From Paragordius varius (lineage: Eukaryota; Animalia; Nematomorpha): a stretch of DNA of 64,000 nucleotides. A program made the position numbers and the translations under genes. Under the pieces are notes generated by a model, which was not told the origin of the DNA, did not search any database, and was given only the letters and a program-made list of their open reading frames with translations. Of this stretch, positions 1 to 12,437 are shown one piece after another. The DNA is taken from positions 13,020,001 to 13,084,000 of the forward strand of contig OZ176050.1 of NCBI GenBank assembly GCA_964247055.1. The letters are read 5' to 3'. Each line of letters begins with the position of its first letter. Position 1 is the stretch's first letter.

Positions 1-154
1 ATTATAAATGAAACGTTTAAATTAATATATATTTAAAGATTCATTTATTATAAGCTAAACTTAAATATATAATTAATTTACATTGAATTTATTAAAATAT
101 AAGTTTAAAAATAATTTTATATCAACCACAAATATATTTTTTGCATATTTTTAG

Positions 155-707
155 GAAAATCGCAAAATCCTGTCTGAACACATTTATTCGCATTTAAGCG
201 AAGAGCAAAGACCAACACTAGACAAAAATCCGTTTACGCCCTTGATTGATATATTGGGAAAATTTTTGACTTTTGTCGAATATTCGGTAAGAATTCATAA
301 AATATATTTTTTGAGTGTCATGTTTTTTTAAAGTTATTTTAATTTAATACCTTCTTGTATTTTATATTTTACATAATTTTTGTTTTTTAATATAATAATA
401 TACAGTATGAGTAAGTATACATTGCTAGAAAGTTATCAATTATTGCCAAATAGTAAATACAATAAAGGGCAGTATTATTGGCTTGTGTAGTTATTTTTTT
501 TCACTTTTTGCTATTATTAACCAATAATACTGCTCTTTGTTGTATTTACTATTTGGCAATAATTTATAACTTTTAGAAATGTATACTTACTCATACTATA
601 TATTTTACTCTAATTTTTGTTTTTTATGTCTATAGACTGCTTGTGGGGTGTCCAGTATAAAGATTGATTCAATAACGCGAATAATTGAAACTTTTAAAAA
701 GTCTTAA
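155..707 (+). CDS. WAPL: 3' end (last two exons) of WAPL cohesin release factor
   Basis: Exons 155-286 and 636-707 joined by a phase-0 GT-AG intron give ENRKILSEHIYSHLSEEQRPTLDKNPFTPLIDILGKFLTFVEYSTACGVSSIKIDSITRIIETFKKS*. This resembles the recalled WAPL C-terminus (F..M.EMLKKFLSFMNLTCAVG...KSISRVIEYL). The 5' part lies outside the window. Confidence 0.7.
401..600. mobile_element. Foldback MITE in WAPL intron
   Basis: About 80-bp inverted arms (TACAGTATGAGTAAGTATACATT... / ...AATGTATACTTACTCATACTATA), TA at both ends, as for Tc1/mariner-type elements. Confidence 0.75.
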
Positions 708-876
708 TATATATATCTTTTCTAATGGAATATATCTATAAATGTGTATTTATTTTGTATTATTTTTTATCATAAATTTGATCCACATATTATATGGCTC
801 AATATTTGAACACGTCATATGAAATATGATTAAAAAAATATTTATTTTTATAATTAATTTACAACATTATCAGTTT

Positions 877-878
<2 letters not shown>

Positions 879-906
<28 letters not shown>
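879..906. repeat. (TA)n microsatellite
   Basis: Pure TA run; similar tracts at about 12404, 34702, 34998, 39167, 40361, 42325 and 59120. Confidence 0.9.
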
Positions 907-911
<5 letters not shown>

Positions 912-1605
912 TAAAAAATATTTAAATTTAGATTTTTAAAATTTGTATGTCCGATTTATAATGATTGATTTCAGTTATTTATTAGTATTTTTGCACCCTA
1001 AATTCACTAATTTATTTTTTATATCTACTTTTTTTGGTCAAACATTTAAAATATTTATATCGATGATCTACTCAAAATTTGTATCATATATAATCTAGTT
1101 GCTTTTTCTTAAACTTTACGGTTTTTTCCTATAAAAACTCTTGGAAATTTAGCATTTTTATACATATTAGATTTTATTATAAAAAAACTCTAAAAAAAAT
1201 TTAATTTTTTTATTATACTATCTAAAAAACCCAAATTTCGAAAACTTTACAACTTGATATTAATCATGATTCCCCAATCCTATTGAGATATTTATGTATG
1301 TATAAGTTCCATCCTTCTTTATATTACAAAACTATTGCTTTCCATATATACACTAATAATTTTGATTATTTAAAAACACATTACACAAAACACAGATACA
1401 TACATATACATTACACTATAAATTAAATTAATATTACAAAAATAAATTTACAATATATATATATAAATATAATTTCTTTGGGAAAAAAAGTAGATTTTCA
1501 CTTTATTATTAAAATGGCTATTAAATGCATTAGTTTGTGCAGAATTTTGGATTATCTCTAGCTAATATTGCAACTAAAAGTTTTTTTGAAACCAATGGGC
1601 TTGTT

Positions 1606-4600
1606 TTAACAATACTCTTGTCGAATACCATCTGGGCACAAGCATTTAGTTAGGGTTGTTGAATTTGGGGTTGAAACGCAAATATGCTTACATCCACCCA
1701 TATTAACTCTACATCCGTTTGTATCTATAAAAATTATTTTTAAAAATAATTAAAGCTGTTTGGGATTATCTATTAATACATAAAATTGATTTTTTTCTTA
1801 TAAACATAAGTGTTAAAAAAGTAAATTGTTTAGTTAAAATATTTTTATTTGATATTGTCAAAAAAATTGAGTAACCTGGAGGACATATGGTAGTTAAATC
1901 ACTAATTCCATATAATCGCCCCTTCCCCGAAGTAGTTAGGGTTAGCGGGGATTTTGAAAAACCGTTTTGCGTTGATGCACTGTAGATTTGGGATCTGGAA
2001 AAATTTATTTAAGAGTGGAATATATATGGAATCAAAATTTTATAAAATTTATCATTAATAATTAATTTGAAAAATTTTGTAAAACAAAACTTTTTCCAAT
2101 CTGTCCAATAAAAGTGTGAACGTTCTGTTTGTACTAAACCAAATGGATAAGTGAGGTTAGATACCAAAATGTTGCGCTGATTTGTTTTGGTGTTTAGGCA
2201 TTCAAGAGTTTTGATCCCTGAAATTAAAGGTTTTTATTAGTGTTGGAATGTGTTGAACCGTTTATAAACCAACTCTCAAATAGCGTTGTTTATAGTGCAT
2301 GCAATGAGATTTGATAACAATAAACCTTATTTCAGAATAATTTTATATTTCGATAAACTAAAAACAATTTGGTAAAGTTTTTCTATGAATGCGGAATAAG
2401 GTGTGATCAATTTAATAAAATTTCAAAACATGATTTTAATTTCATAATTCAAATCATGGCCGTAATACAATAAAATTCTAATTTTAGATTATGCGGTTAT
2501 CTATAGGCTAAAGCCATTAAAAACAGTAAAATTTGAAATTTGTTTGGAGCGGTTTTAAGAAAATAAAGGTTTTGTAACTATAAAATCGGTATTCTTTTCA
2601 TGTCAGCGTATTTCATCATCATACAAGTTTACAAATACTTATAAAAGCACATTGCTTTTCAATTACGTTATAAGGAATAACAAATATATTATTAACATAT
2701 ACCAGCATCGACCCAACATAATTGATCAGTTATATCATCGTATATGAGACTGTTTGGAAGTTTAAGATTTCTGTCAATCAAAACGTGACGCTCTGACCCA
2801 TCCATTAAACACGTTTCAATTTTGGGATAATCTCTATTCCAATCCGTCCAATACAACCGTCTACCCATAACAAAAAATAAATTTTAACCAAATTTACTGA
2901 ATTTTATAAATTCCAATTAAAAGAATCGGGTTTATGAATAATAAATTGCTTTAAATTTGCAATTAAACCCTTATTAAATTACATACGATGGACTATTAGA
3001 TATGTTAGAAAACTTGGGTGAAAAAAATGCTTCAAATTTTTGCTTTATCATAAATGAGCGAAATTATTTGTAAAGAATCTTAGTTACAGTAATACCACAT
3101 ATAAAATTGGCATTACCCTTCCCTCCAATTTAAGGCTATGCCACGTGGATTTATAAGGTTTTCGCTAACAACTATTCTACGTTTGCCCGTATCCAAGCTC
3201 GCCATCTCAATCGTTTGTTTAGCCGAATCAGTCCAAAACAAATTTCGATTTAACCAATCCAAACTTAGTAATTCGGGGGTTATTAAGTCTAGAAATGATT
3301 TTATACATATAAAACTGAAATAACAAAATGACAAATATTTTTTTTAAAAGGACAACCATATTTTTTTAACCTTGATTAATATAAAGAAACTAATCGTTTT
3401 AGCTTATATAAAAGAGATAAGAAATGTGAATACACCCACCCAATCATATGATTCAAAATTATAATTGAATAATTTATGGGGGGAAAATTAGGCTTTAAAA
3501 ATTTTCGAAAATATTTATATTAGAGTTTTTACATATTGTCTGCATATTTCATTTTTATTGTAATATCATAGAAATGTAACAAAGATTACATGCGAGAAAC
3601 TCTAAAATTTTCACTATCCAAAAACCTTATTCAACATTGATTTCAGCAAGAATATTTACCTGTATTGATAAATGTGGATATATGTGATCCATCACGCCAA
3701 GCCTTTTTGATTTGTTTCCCCACCACATCAGTCCAATAAATGTGTCCAGTTTTACAATCACTTGCGACACCAACTGCGATTTGAGTACGATCATTAATAA
3801 GATAAGACGTTTTCATGGTTGGTTGTTTATCCAATCTTTTATGCTTGGAAGCTTTTATTTGAAATATAATACAAATATATGATAAAATATAAACTAAAAT
3901 TTAATCTCGCCTTATACATTCGAAAATATACGGTGAATTAATATGTTTGTAGTTTATTTCCCCATTCAAGGTTTTGCATTTGCTGGTAAAAAAGATAACC
4001 AAACAGCAGTCATGGTCATGAATGTATACATGACCGGTCAAACCTAATTCTAATCTTATTTAGATTTTTTACACAATTTTGACAAGCTGACGAAATATAG
4101 ACATAAAAAACTCAAAAATGTCATAGCATTCATAAGTTAATGGGAAAAAATGCAATTCCATTAACATTTTTTTATTTTTTAATATATTTACCAAATAATG
4201 TGTGACTTTAATCTTGGTAAACATATACGAAAATTTGATTTCAGCTATCTATCATAAGTAGTTTTAACTATTTTTTTAAAATCAGCCTAATCAATAAATA
4301 TTGAATGAAATGCTTACTCTTGTCTATTGCGTTTTGACCAAAAGGGAGTGGTTGTGAATTTTCCAGCGTAAGATGCATAATCGAGCTTCCTTGGGCATAT
4401 ATTAAGCCGTTTGCTGCTAAAAACATAAATTAAAGAATTTTTATCTTTTATTCGATTCATATCGCCTAATATATTATCCCTATTATTCATATCTGTAACT
4501 TCTCTCACAAGCATAATTAATTAATCCAATAAAAAATTTAATATTCAGAATGTTGAAAATTACCAAATCCTCGCCCCAAATATGGTCCCACGCCCACCTC

Positions 4601-7600
4601 ATTCGTTTCCTTTTTGGGGACGCAAGTTTTACCATTGAATTCATGGTGTGGCATGCATTGACATACATGATGGGAAGTGTTTAAATCGTATATGCAGGAT
4701 CCGGCCTCAGGCGGTCCACACACTTGAGGTCTATATCGGCAAGACGTAGTATCTTTGCTGCAAGATAGTACCCCATCCCCCACATACCCGGGATTACAGA
4801 TGCAATCAAATTGATTTCGGGTCGAATCGTAGGTACACATGGCTTTGGCATGACAATAATCCCCAAAACTACAATCTATCATAGTCCAGAAAAATGTTTG
4901 ATAAACACTATTTATTTTTTTGTATTTTAATCACCTGATATATTGATTTGTGAAATCAAGTAGAGATGGATTTAATAATGAACTAACAAATAAAGATTTT
5001 TACTGGTGAGAAAAATGTGCAAAATGTACATTTATCATTTTTACAAATCAAAACATAATTATCAAGAATACGATTTTTACAATAAAGTCCCCACACTTTT
5101 ATGTCTAATTTTTTTAAGGCTGCATTTTATTTAGGCAACTATTGATGTAAAATATGTAAAATAACGGTATATCCTAAACCTAATTTTGGATTGATAGGGT
5201 CGCATTCTTCTCCATTACCCACGAATCCCGGCCTACATCGACATACAAATAAATGCTGTTTGTCACTCCAAATACATTCGCTATTTTTGTGACATAACTC
5301 TGGTCTAACTCGACAATCGTGATGAGGGAGCTCGGGAGCATTCGTTATTGTATAGTTATTTGGTTGTGGTGCATAGGTAACGGTTGATGGTACTGTAAAA
5401 TATAATTATATAATATTTAATATATGATATTTTAGTTATTATACATTCATGTTTGAAATTAGGGTTTGAGAATAAACGGTATAATGTGTTATTGGTTTAC
5501 TAGGGATGGACTTTTGTTTTATTAAAAAGTAGTAAAAGGTCTGACCGCTCATGAATGCGCAAAGAACGGTTCTTATAAGAAAATCACAGATAAAGCAGTT
5601 ATATATTTATTAAATAGCTAGCGTAAATCTCGTGCTGCTACGCAGCCCGAGGAAGTCCTTCGGACTTCTAGGGGGGGGGGGGGGAGGGGGGCTACTTGAA
5701 ATAAGGGACAATAAAATGATCCACATATGTGGATTATTTCGAAACATTATTTAATAGATATGATTTTAGGAATTTTAAAACGGGCATTCATACTAATATA
5801 TTGTTTAATTGGGGGAAAAATAGATTTAAAAAATTATTTTTGTGGACTTGGTTTTTTGAAAAAAATAGCATTTTACGGAGCGGGGAAAAAGAGGGCCTAA
5901 ATCAAAAAAGCGAGACGACTGTGTTCGGCGCAATCGAAAATAAGTAAACAAAAATCATATTTGAAATTGAATGGTCCAACACGTTCTCCAGAAAATTGTC
6001 TCAAAGACACGATTGTGGGCTTCTGTTTTCAAAAAAAACCGTTTTGACACGGGGTGGGCCCGAACTGGTAGCCTATTTCAAAAAAAGGGCGAAGCTATTG
6101 TCGGGGTATTCATTAATGATTATATTTTTTCGATATTTAAATTTGAATGGGTCTACCGGTTTTCCTGTACCAGATCACAAAGCCAGCATTTTCCATTTTT
6201 ATAAATATATAGATTTAGAAATTAAAATGGCGAGTACTTCCTACCACAATGGTTAAATACGTTTAAAATAATGTGCCACATTACATAGTTTTGTTAATTT
6301 TTGCAACTTATCCTGTATCAAATAATTAGTTATGTTCATAAATATGTTGAATAATATTAACACTTAATATCTTTTTTGCCCTGTTGGGTTGGTTTTACAA
6401 TCCCGACATTTTGTAAATAAACTACAGTTAGATACAAAAGCTTATATTTTTTACAGTTTTGTGAGTTCTATAGTCTAAAAATGGGACCGTCCAAAACACG
6501 ATTGCAGCTGATAATTAAATCAAAATATATCATGCTGGTAAAAATGTAGCCTGAAAGCTTTTTAAAATTATTTATTTACTTTTTCTAACCATAAAATAAA
6601 TTTATCTGTTGCATTGGCCATTAAAATTTATAGAAAAAGATTGGTGGCAAAAAAGTTTGATATGAGTATTTTTTTACAATTTAACATTTAAAAAAAAATT
6701 TTGGTAATTCCGTAAAAGACTAAAGAAAGCGTATATTCAAATTTGGCTTAATACCTTAATTACAATTTAAAATATCAAATTTCAAATAGCTTTGGGATAT
6801 AAAACTAACCCAAAAGTAATTGAGCGGGAACAAAATAATTTTGGCAAATATCTTTTGTTAAATTTTTCACAAAAAAGAGCCTTAAATTTAATTTTAAAAT
6901 ACGCCTAATCCAAACACACATACTATCATTGTAAAATTAAGCGTTACACATACATTCAGTAGATTCTAACGTAGTATGATCATCCAATGGATAACATTGG
7001 ATCCCGTTTCCTGTAAATCCAATCTTACATCGACACCTTGGAATGGAAGTTGAAACATCACAAAAAGCTTTTTCATCACACAAACTTTCATCTTGTTGAC
7101 AATCATCTAATAATGTGTAAAAATTAGTTTTAATATTTTACGAAAAAATGGGTTATTTCAATAAATTTACAATAATTTATACTTTGTAATATAATTTAAA
7201 AATTTTATGACAAAAAGTATTGGGGAAAACCTTCTGGTGCTAAAGTTGGAATCGTTATAGGTTGAGTAGCACAATTTATCCCATCTGCCAATATACCATA
7301 TTTACAGCGGCATTTATAGGAGCCGGGTGTGTTGAAACATTCACTTAAATCATCACAGATACTTGTGTTTCGACATTCATTTATATCTGTCACGAAAAAT
7401 GAATATTTTATAAATTACATTGATCTAAGTCTAATTTATAGTTAAAACCTTCAATAAACATTAAATAACTGCTGCAAAAATTGGCAGTTATGGAAAATAA
7501 AACTGTTAAACTATCGTTCATAAATGTAATCCAAATAGTTTAAAAATATTAAATATGAGCTTTCAAAAATTTAAAATATATACCTTGGCACAATTCTCCA

Positions 7601-10600
7601 TTGATAATGAATCCCGATTTACATTCACATGAGTAAGAATTATCTTTATTAACGCAAGTCGAATAGGCCGGACACATTATATCTTTGCATGGATCATCGC
7701 CTTTTATTACAAAAAATAAAATTGTCAAATTTTAATATATATATATATCAAGCAAACATCACTTAACATTCATAAATTTTTTTTATATATTCGTAACTGG
7801 AAATTTTTTCCAATATATACTTTTTAATCTAAACAAAAGTTACAAAATAGTGTAATTTTTGGCAATTAGATTTTTCATCTTATATAGATATCAGGATGTC
7901 ATTAAATAATAATAAAAAATGATTTTTTTGCCTTTAAAACAATAGTTAAACAGTTGTTTTTACCAAAGTTTCTAATTTTGCTTTGAGAGGCAAATCGCAG
8001 GACTTGTTCACGCTGATCATATACGGCGAAATTTCTTGCCACGGAAAGTAGAGAACTTGTGGTGCCTATAAATTTTTTCATTGACAATTAGAATTTTTAT
8101 TATATTTGAAATAACAATAGTTTCGGATATCATAATGAAGTTCCATTATCAATAATAAATATCAATTTAAAAATTCGTAAATACTATTGGTTTTTGCGGC
8201 AGCTTCATACAATTCCGGACATTCTGCATCAAAAGCTATTTCTTGTGAAACAAAATATGCCCTTTCCTCTACCCCAGTCAATCCCGTGATTCGGAAAATA
8301 AGTTTGGATTGGGAATTTATGCGACCTAAATGATATTTTAACTTACAGTAAGATCAATAAATGATTATCACGAAAAAAACAAATGAATATCCTTTGAAAA
8401 AAAAATGATTAACACATTGTTTAATTGGATAATCATTTGTTTTTTTGTTATAATCATTTGATGATATTACTGTAGTATAAAGCTATAGTTTCGAATTTTT
8501 AGATAAAAAAACAGGGGTGTAAGTCCGGTTTTGATTTTAAAATTTAATACTCATTTTTGCTTTACGTTTTGTCCGTATAATTTCAATTTTTACTGTAATA
8601 TTATTGATTATATCCACCGTGTGAAAAAATCTTTTTTTAAAAAGGGTTAATATTTTTATTCAAATTTCTAATTTTGCAACGTTGTTATTTGCCCATTTGG
8701 CACCACCTTGTCATACGTCCGGCGCTTAAAAGGCTTAATGTGCAACTGTACAGACATATGAAAAAAGTAATTTTAACCTGCATCCACTCTCACAAATTCT
8801 TCGACGTAATCCAAAAAATCGATTTGATTGTGACTCTCAAAACGGGGCAAATCTCCCACCACTTCCAAATCCATCTTTAAATTTCCATAAACATCAGGTC
8901 CGTGGAAGTATTCTTTTAAATCCATCTGTTCATTAGTGCCATCAAAGTTTATGGTGGTTGTTCGGTTAAAGACACCCCCTATTTAAATTAATAATAGGTA
9001 TTTATATTAAAAAAGTTAACATAAATATAATGCTAAGATTTTTGGTATAATTGAATTATGCAGGGGATCGGAGTGAAAAAATATTCATTTCATACAACAC
9101 AAATTGCGGCAGCGTGAGTAAACAACAGGATGTTTTTTTTAAATTTTAATTTCACCAGTCTCAATTTTAAAAATCGTCCCGATTCCGTTGAATCCTAAAT
9201 TATTTTATTATTTATCTCAACTTTATGTGGGTTTTTGTCAAAAAAAGCACCGGAGTATTATAGATAAATAATGTATAAAATATAACAAAAGTAAGGCGAT
9301 TATCCAATAAAATAAGATTTTTAACCATTTCATCTTACAGGTCATTTTTAAACAAGTCGTTTCTATTTAACTGCATTATCTTCTATGATTTTAGTGATGG
9401 TATAGTAGGTAGACCACCAGACTCTTACGCTGCGTTCAAGAGTTCGAACCCCGAAACTACGCAATTTTTCCATTATCACTGTCAGCCCTGTTCAGGCAGG
9501 CGAGTGTTAAAGCCTTCACATGTCCGTATACAATGTAAGTCCTTACCCTTTAATAAAAAAAAGGAAAAAGAGACTCTAAACTGTATGTTATTATCTAGAA
9601 ATACCAGTTAAAGAGAAGCCATTGGAGACGTTTGTCGAACCACGTGTGGCAAATAGCCAATTGATAGAATCTGCGATTGGCAGCAGCAGTTTCATATTTT
9701 GACTCAAGTTATGTGGTATGCCACTCAGAGCTGTATACATTCTACCATCGACGGATACCACGTATGAATGTAATTCAATATTTTTCAGTGGTTGTCCATT
9801 CACTAAACCACGGAGAAGACCGTTTATTCTCAAGGGAGTTTCTGAACAAAAACAGGCAGAAATCTTCTTATAAATGTTTTTTACGGTAAGAAAAATTATA
9901 CGGACAGTTGAAAATATAAAGACAAATATTTTTTTCAAAAACACTACCATACTTTTTTAATCTCCATTTTTCAAGTATAATTCATTGTTTTAAACTACAA
10001 AGTAGATTATAAAAATGTCAATTGGTAACACAAAATCAATTATGTATTTTACAATTTTAATTAAATGTTTTTTATAGGATAATTTAAGGTTTTAAAAAGT
10101 ATGGTTGTCTTTGAAAAAAAATTTGTCCCTTTATTTTTACATTTTGACCGTATAATTTCAATTTTTACTGTAAATTTTTTAACCTAAAACAATTAGTTGT
10201 AAAATTTTACTTTCTGCTACACAATGGATCCCATTCCCAAAGTATTCTGGCTTACATTGGCAACAAATACCTGTCGGCTGAACATTTATACAGTGAGAAT
10301 TGATAGGACAACTTTGTTCATTACATTGATCAGGTCCGTCATTATCTCCCATTAGCAGTGTACTATCTAATATACAGTAGCGTATGGCATAAAACATTAT
10401 TAGTCTCCATAAAAGAATAAAAAATGTTGTTTTTATAAAAAGAAGCCTAGTTGAATATACGCATATCCATAATATCCCCCTATTTTATTCTTTAATGACT
10501 AATATTGTTTTATGTCATACGCTACTGTACAGTAAGATAGAAAAATCATTATCACGCAAAAACAAATGGATATCCATATGAAAAAATGATTATCACATGG

Positions 10601-12402
10601 TTCCAGAAATATATATAAATACATCATATCAGACCCTTGATGAATTCTTCCTGTTGTATCTACTTACACATCTAAATTTTTTTCATGTGCTAATCATTTT
10701 TTTATTTGCGGATACTCATTTGTTTTTTCGTGATAATAATTTATTAATCTTACTGTATTTGTAATAAAATATTTTATATATTAAAAGAATTTAAATTGGA
10801 AAAAATATCAAAGAGACAAACTTTTGTGAGCTATTTTAGGTTCTTCAATGTACCGTACAAATCCGATTTTGTAAATCCAAACACCCGGAATCCCTACATT
10901 TGATCGTCTAATTAAAATATTAAAAAATATATTTTATATTCAAATTTAGTTTATTAAGGTATACAAAATTTGGACTTACTCTGTTAGTGTCAGGATACTA
11001 TGTCCTTCAGTGTTTGGTAATTCATAATGCCTAAAACTATCGCCAGCATCAAATCCTGCCTAATAATTTAAAAAATAAATATGGCAAAACTTGTTATTGA
11101 AATGCAGTTTATGAATTATTTTTTTAATGAAATACAGTAAAAATTGAAATTATACGGACAAAACGTAAATATATAAAGACAAATATTTTTATATAAAAGA
11201 CAAACATAATTTTAAAAACCTTAATATTTCTCATATAAGCTATTTATTTACATTTGAAAATAAAGAATTGATTGTGTTAGTAATATATCTCTATTTCAAA
11301 CTTTGCCATTTAAAACGATGAGTTATAGTGAAATAAATCAGGAATTAAAAAGTATGGTTGTCTTTTAGAAAAAAAAATGTTTGTCTAATTATTTTCACGT
11401 TATGTCCATATGATTTCCGTTTTTACTGTAAATCATTCGTACAGATTTCATTTGTAAGTATAAATTTTTGATACTTATATCTATAACTATAATATTTAAC
11501 AATTAATTTCTTTACTAAATATAAAATATATTATTGATTTCGACCTGGGCTATGAGATGTGGTGCATTAGGTACTTTAGATTTTGTAGTATACCAATGTA
11601 ATCCGTTTTCTGGGTAAATAAAAATTGCAAATGTTGTTTCATTCGTACCGCTCGCTAAAATCAATTGAAATGTGTTTCCCTAGATTTTTTTAAAATAATT
11701 GGAACTGATGTATGATATTTTGATATAGATTTATAATTACAGTGGATTAAATAAAAAGAATATTTGTAATAAAGAAATCATTATGAAGAGTAAAAAAATG
11801 AATATCAGTGAAAATAAAAAGAAACAAAGGGCCATGAGTGCACGAGCGAGCATTACCATACCCATTAAATAATAATTATTTTTTTACTATTAATGAAAGA
11901 AAAAAAAGGAAAAGAATGGTATTTATTGAGTATGTAATACCATACTACTACGTAATATTCTTTCCCTTAATTAGTAAATAGTAAAAAATGATTATTATTT
12001 GATGGGCATGGTAATGCTTACTTGTGCACCATGGCCCTTTATTTCTTTTTTATTTTCACTAATATTCATTTTTTTACTTCTAATATTATTACTTTAATAT
12101 AAATATTCTTTTATTTAATCCACTGCATTATAAGATTTAAGAAACTAAACTGGAATATAAATTTAAAGATTGGTTTTGTTAGGGAATGGAAATTTAACAT
12201 TTTGAAAAACCTGTGGCGCGACTTGTAAAAACCCTTTAACATCTTCCCATGTAGCAGCGAATATTCTTGTGACCTGGAAAGGATGTTTTTTCGAAGTGGG
12301 TTTTGTCACATTCTTAGATTTCACGGAATAAAATTTTGTGTTTATCACATCTTCAAAGTACTGTTTGCGCGTTTCATTTGTTTGTAAACTACAAAATGCA
12401 TG

Positions 12403-12437
<35 letters not shown>

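Noticed and set aside
5729-6256. Three overlapping + strand ORFs in nidogen intron 14
   Set aside because: No splice-consistent model or motif; they lie in a putative repeat body.
8745-8777. Possible 33-nt micro-intron in nidogen (GTTAAA..TACAG)
   Set aside because: Using it gives an immediate stop (VAH*); the true next exon is 8325-8185.
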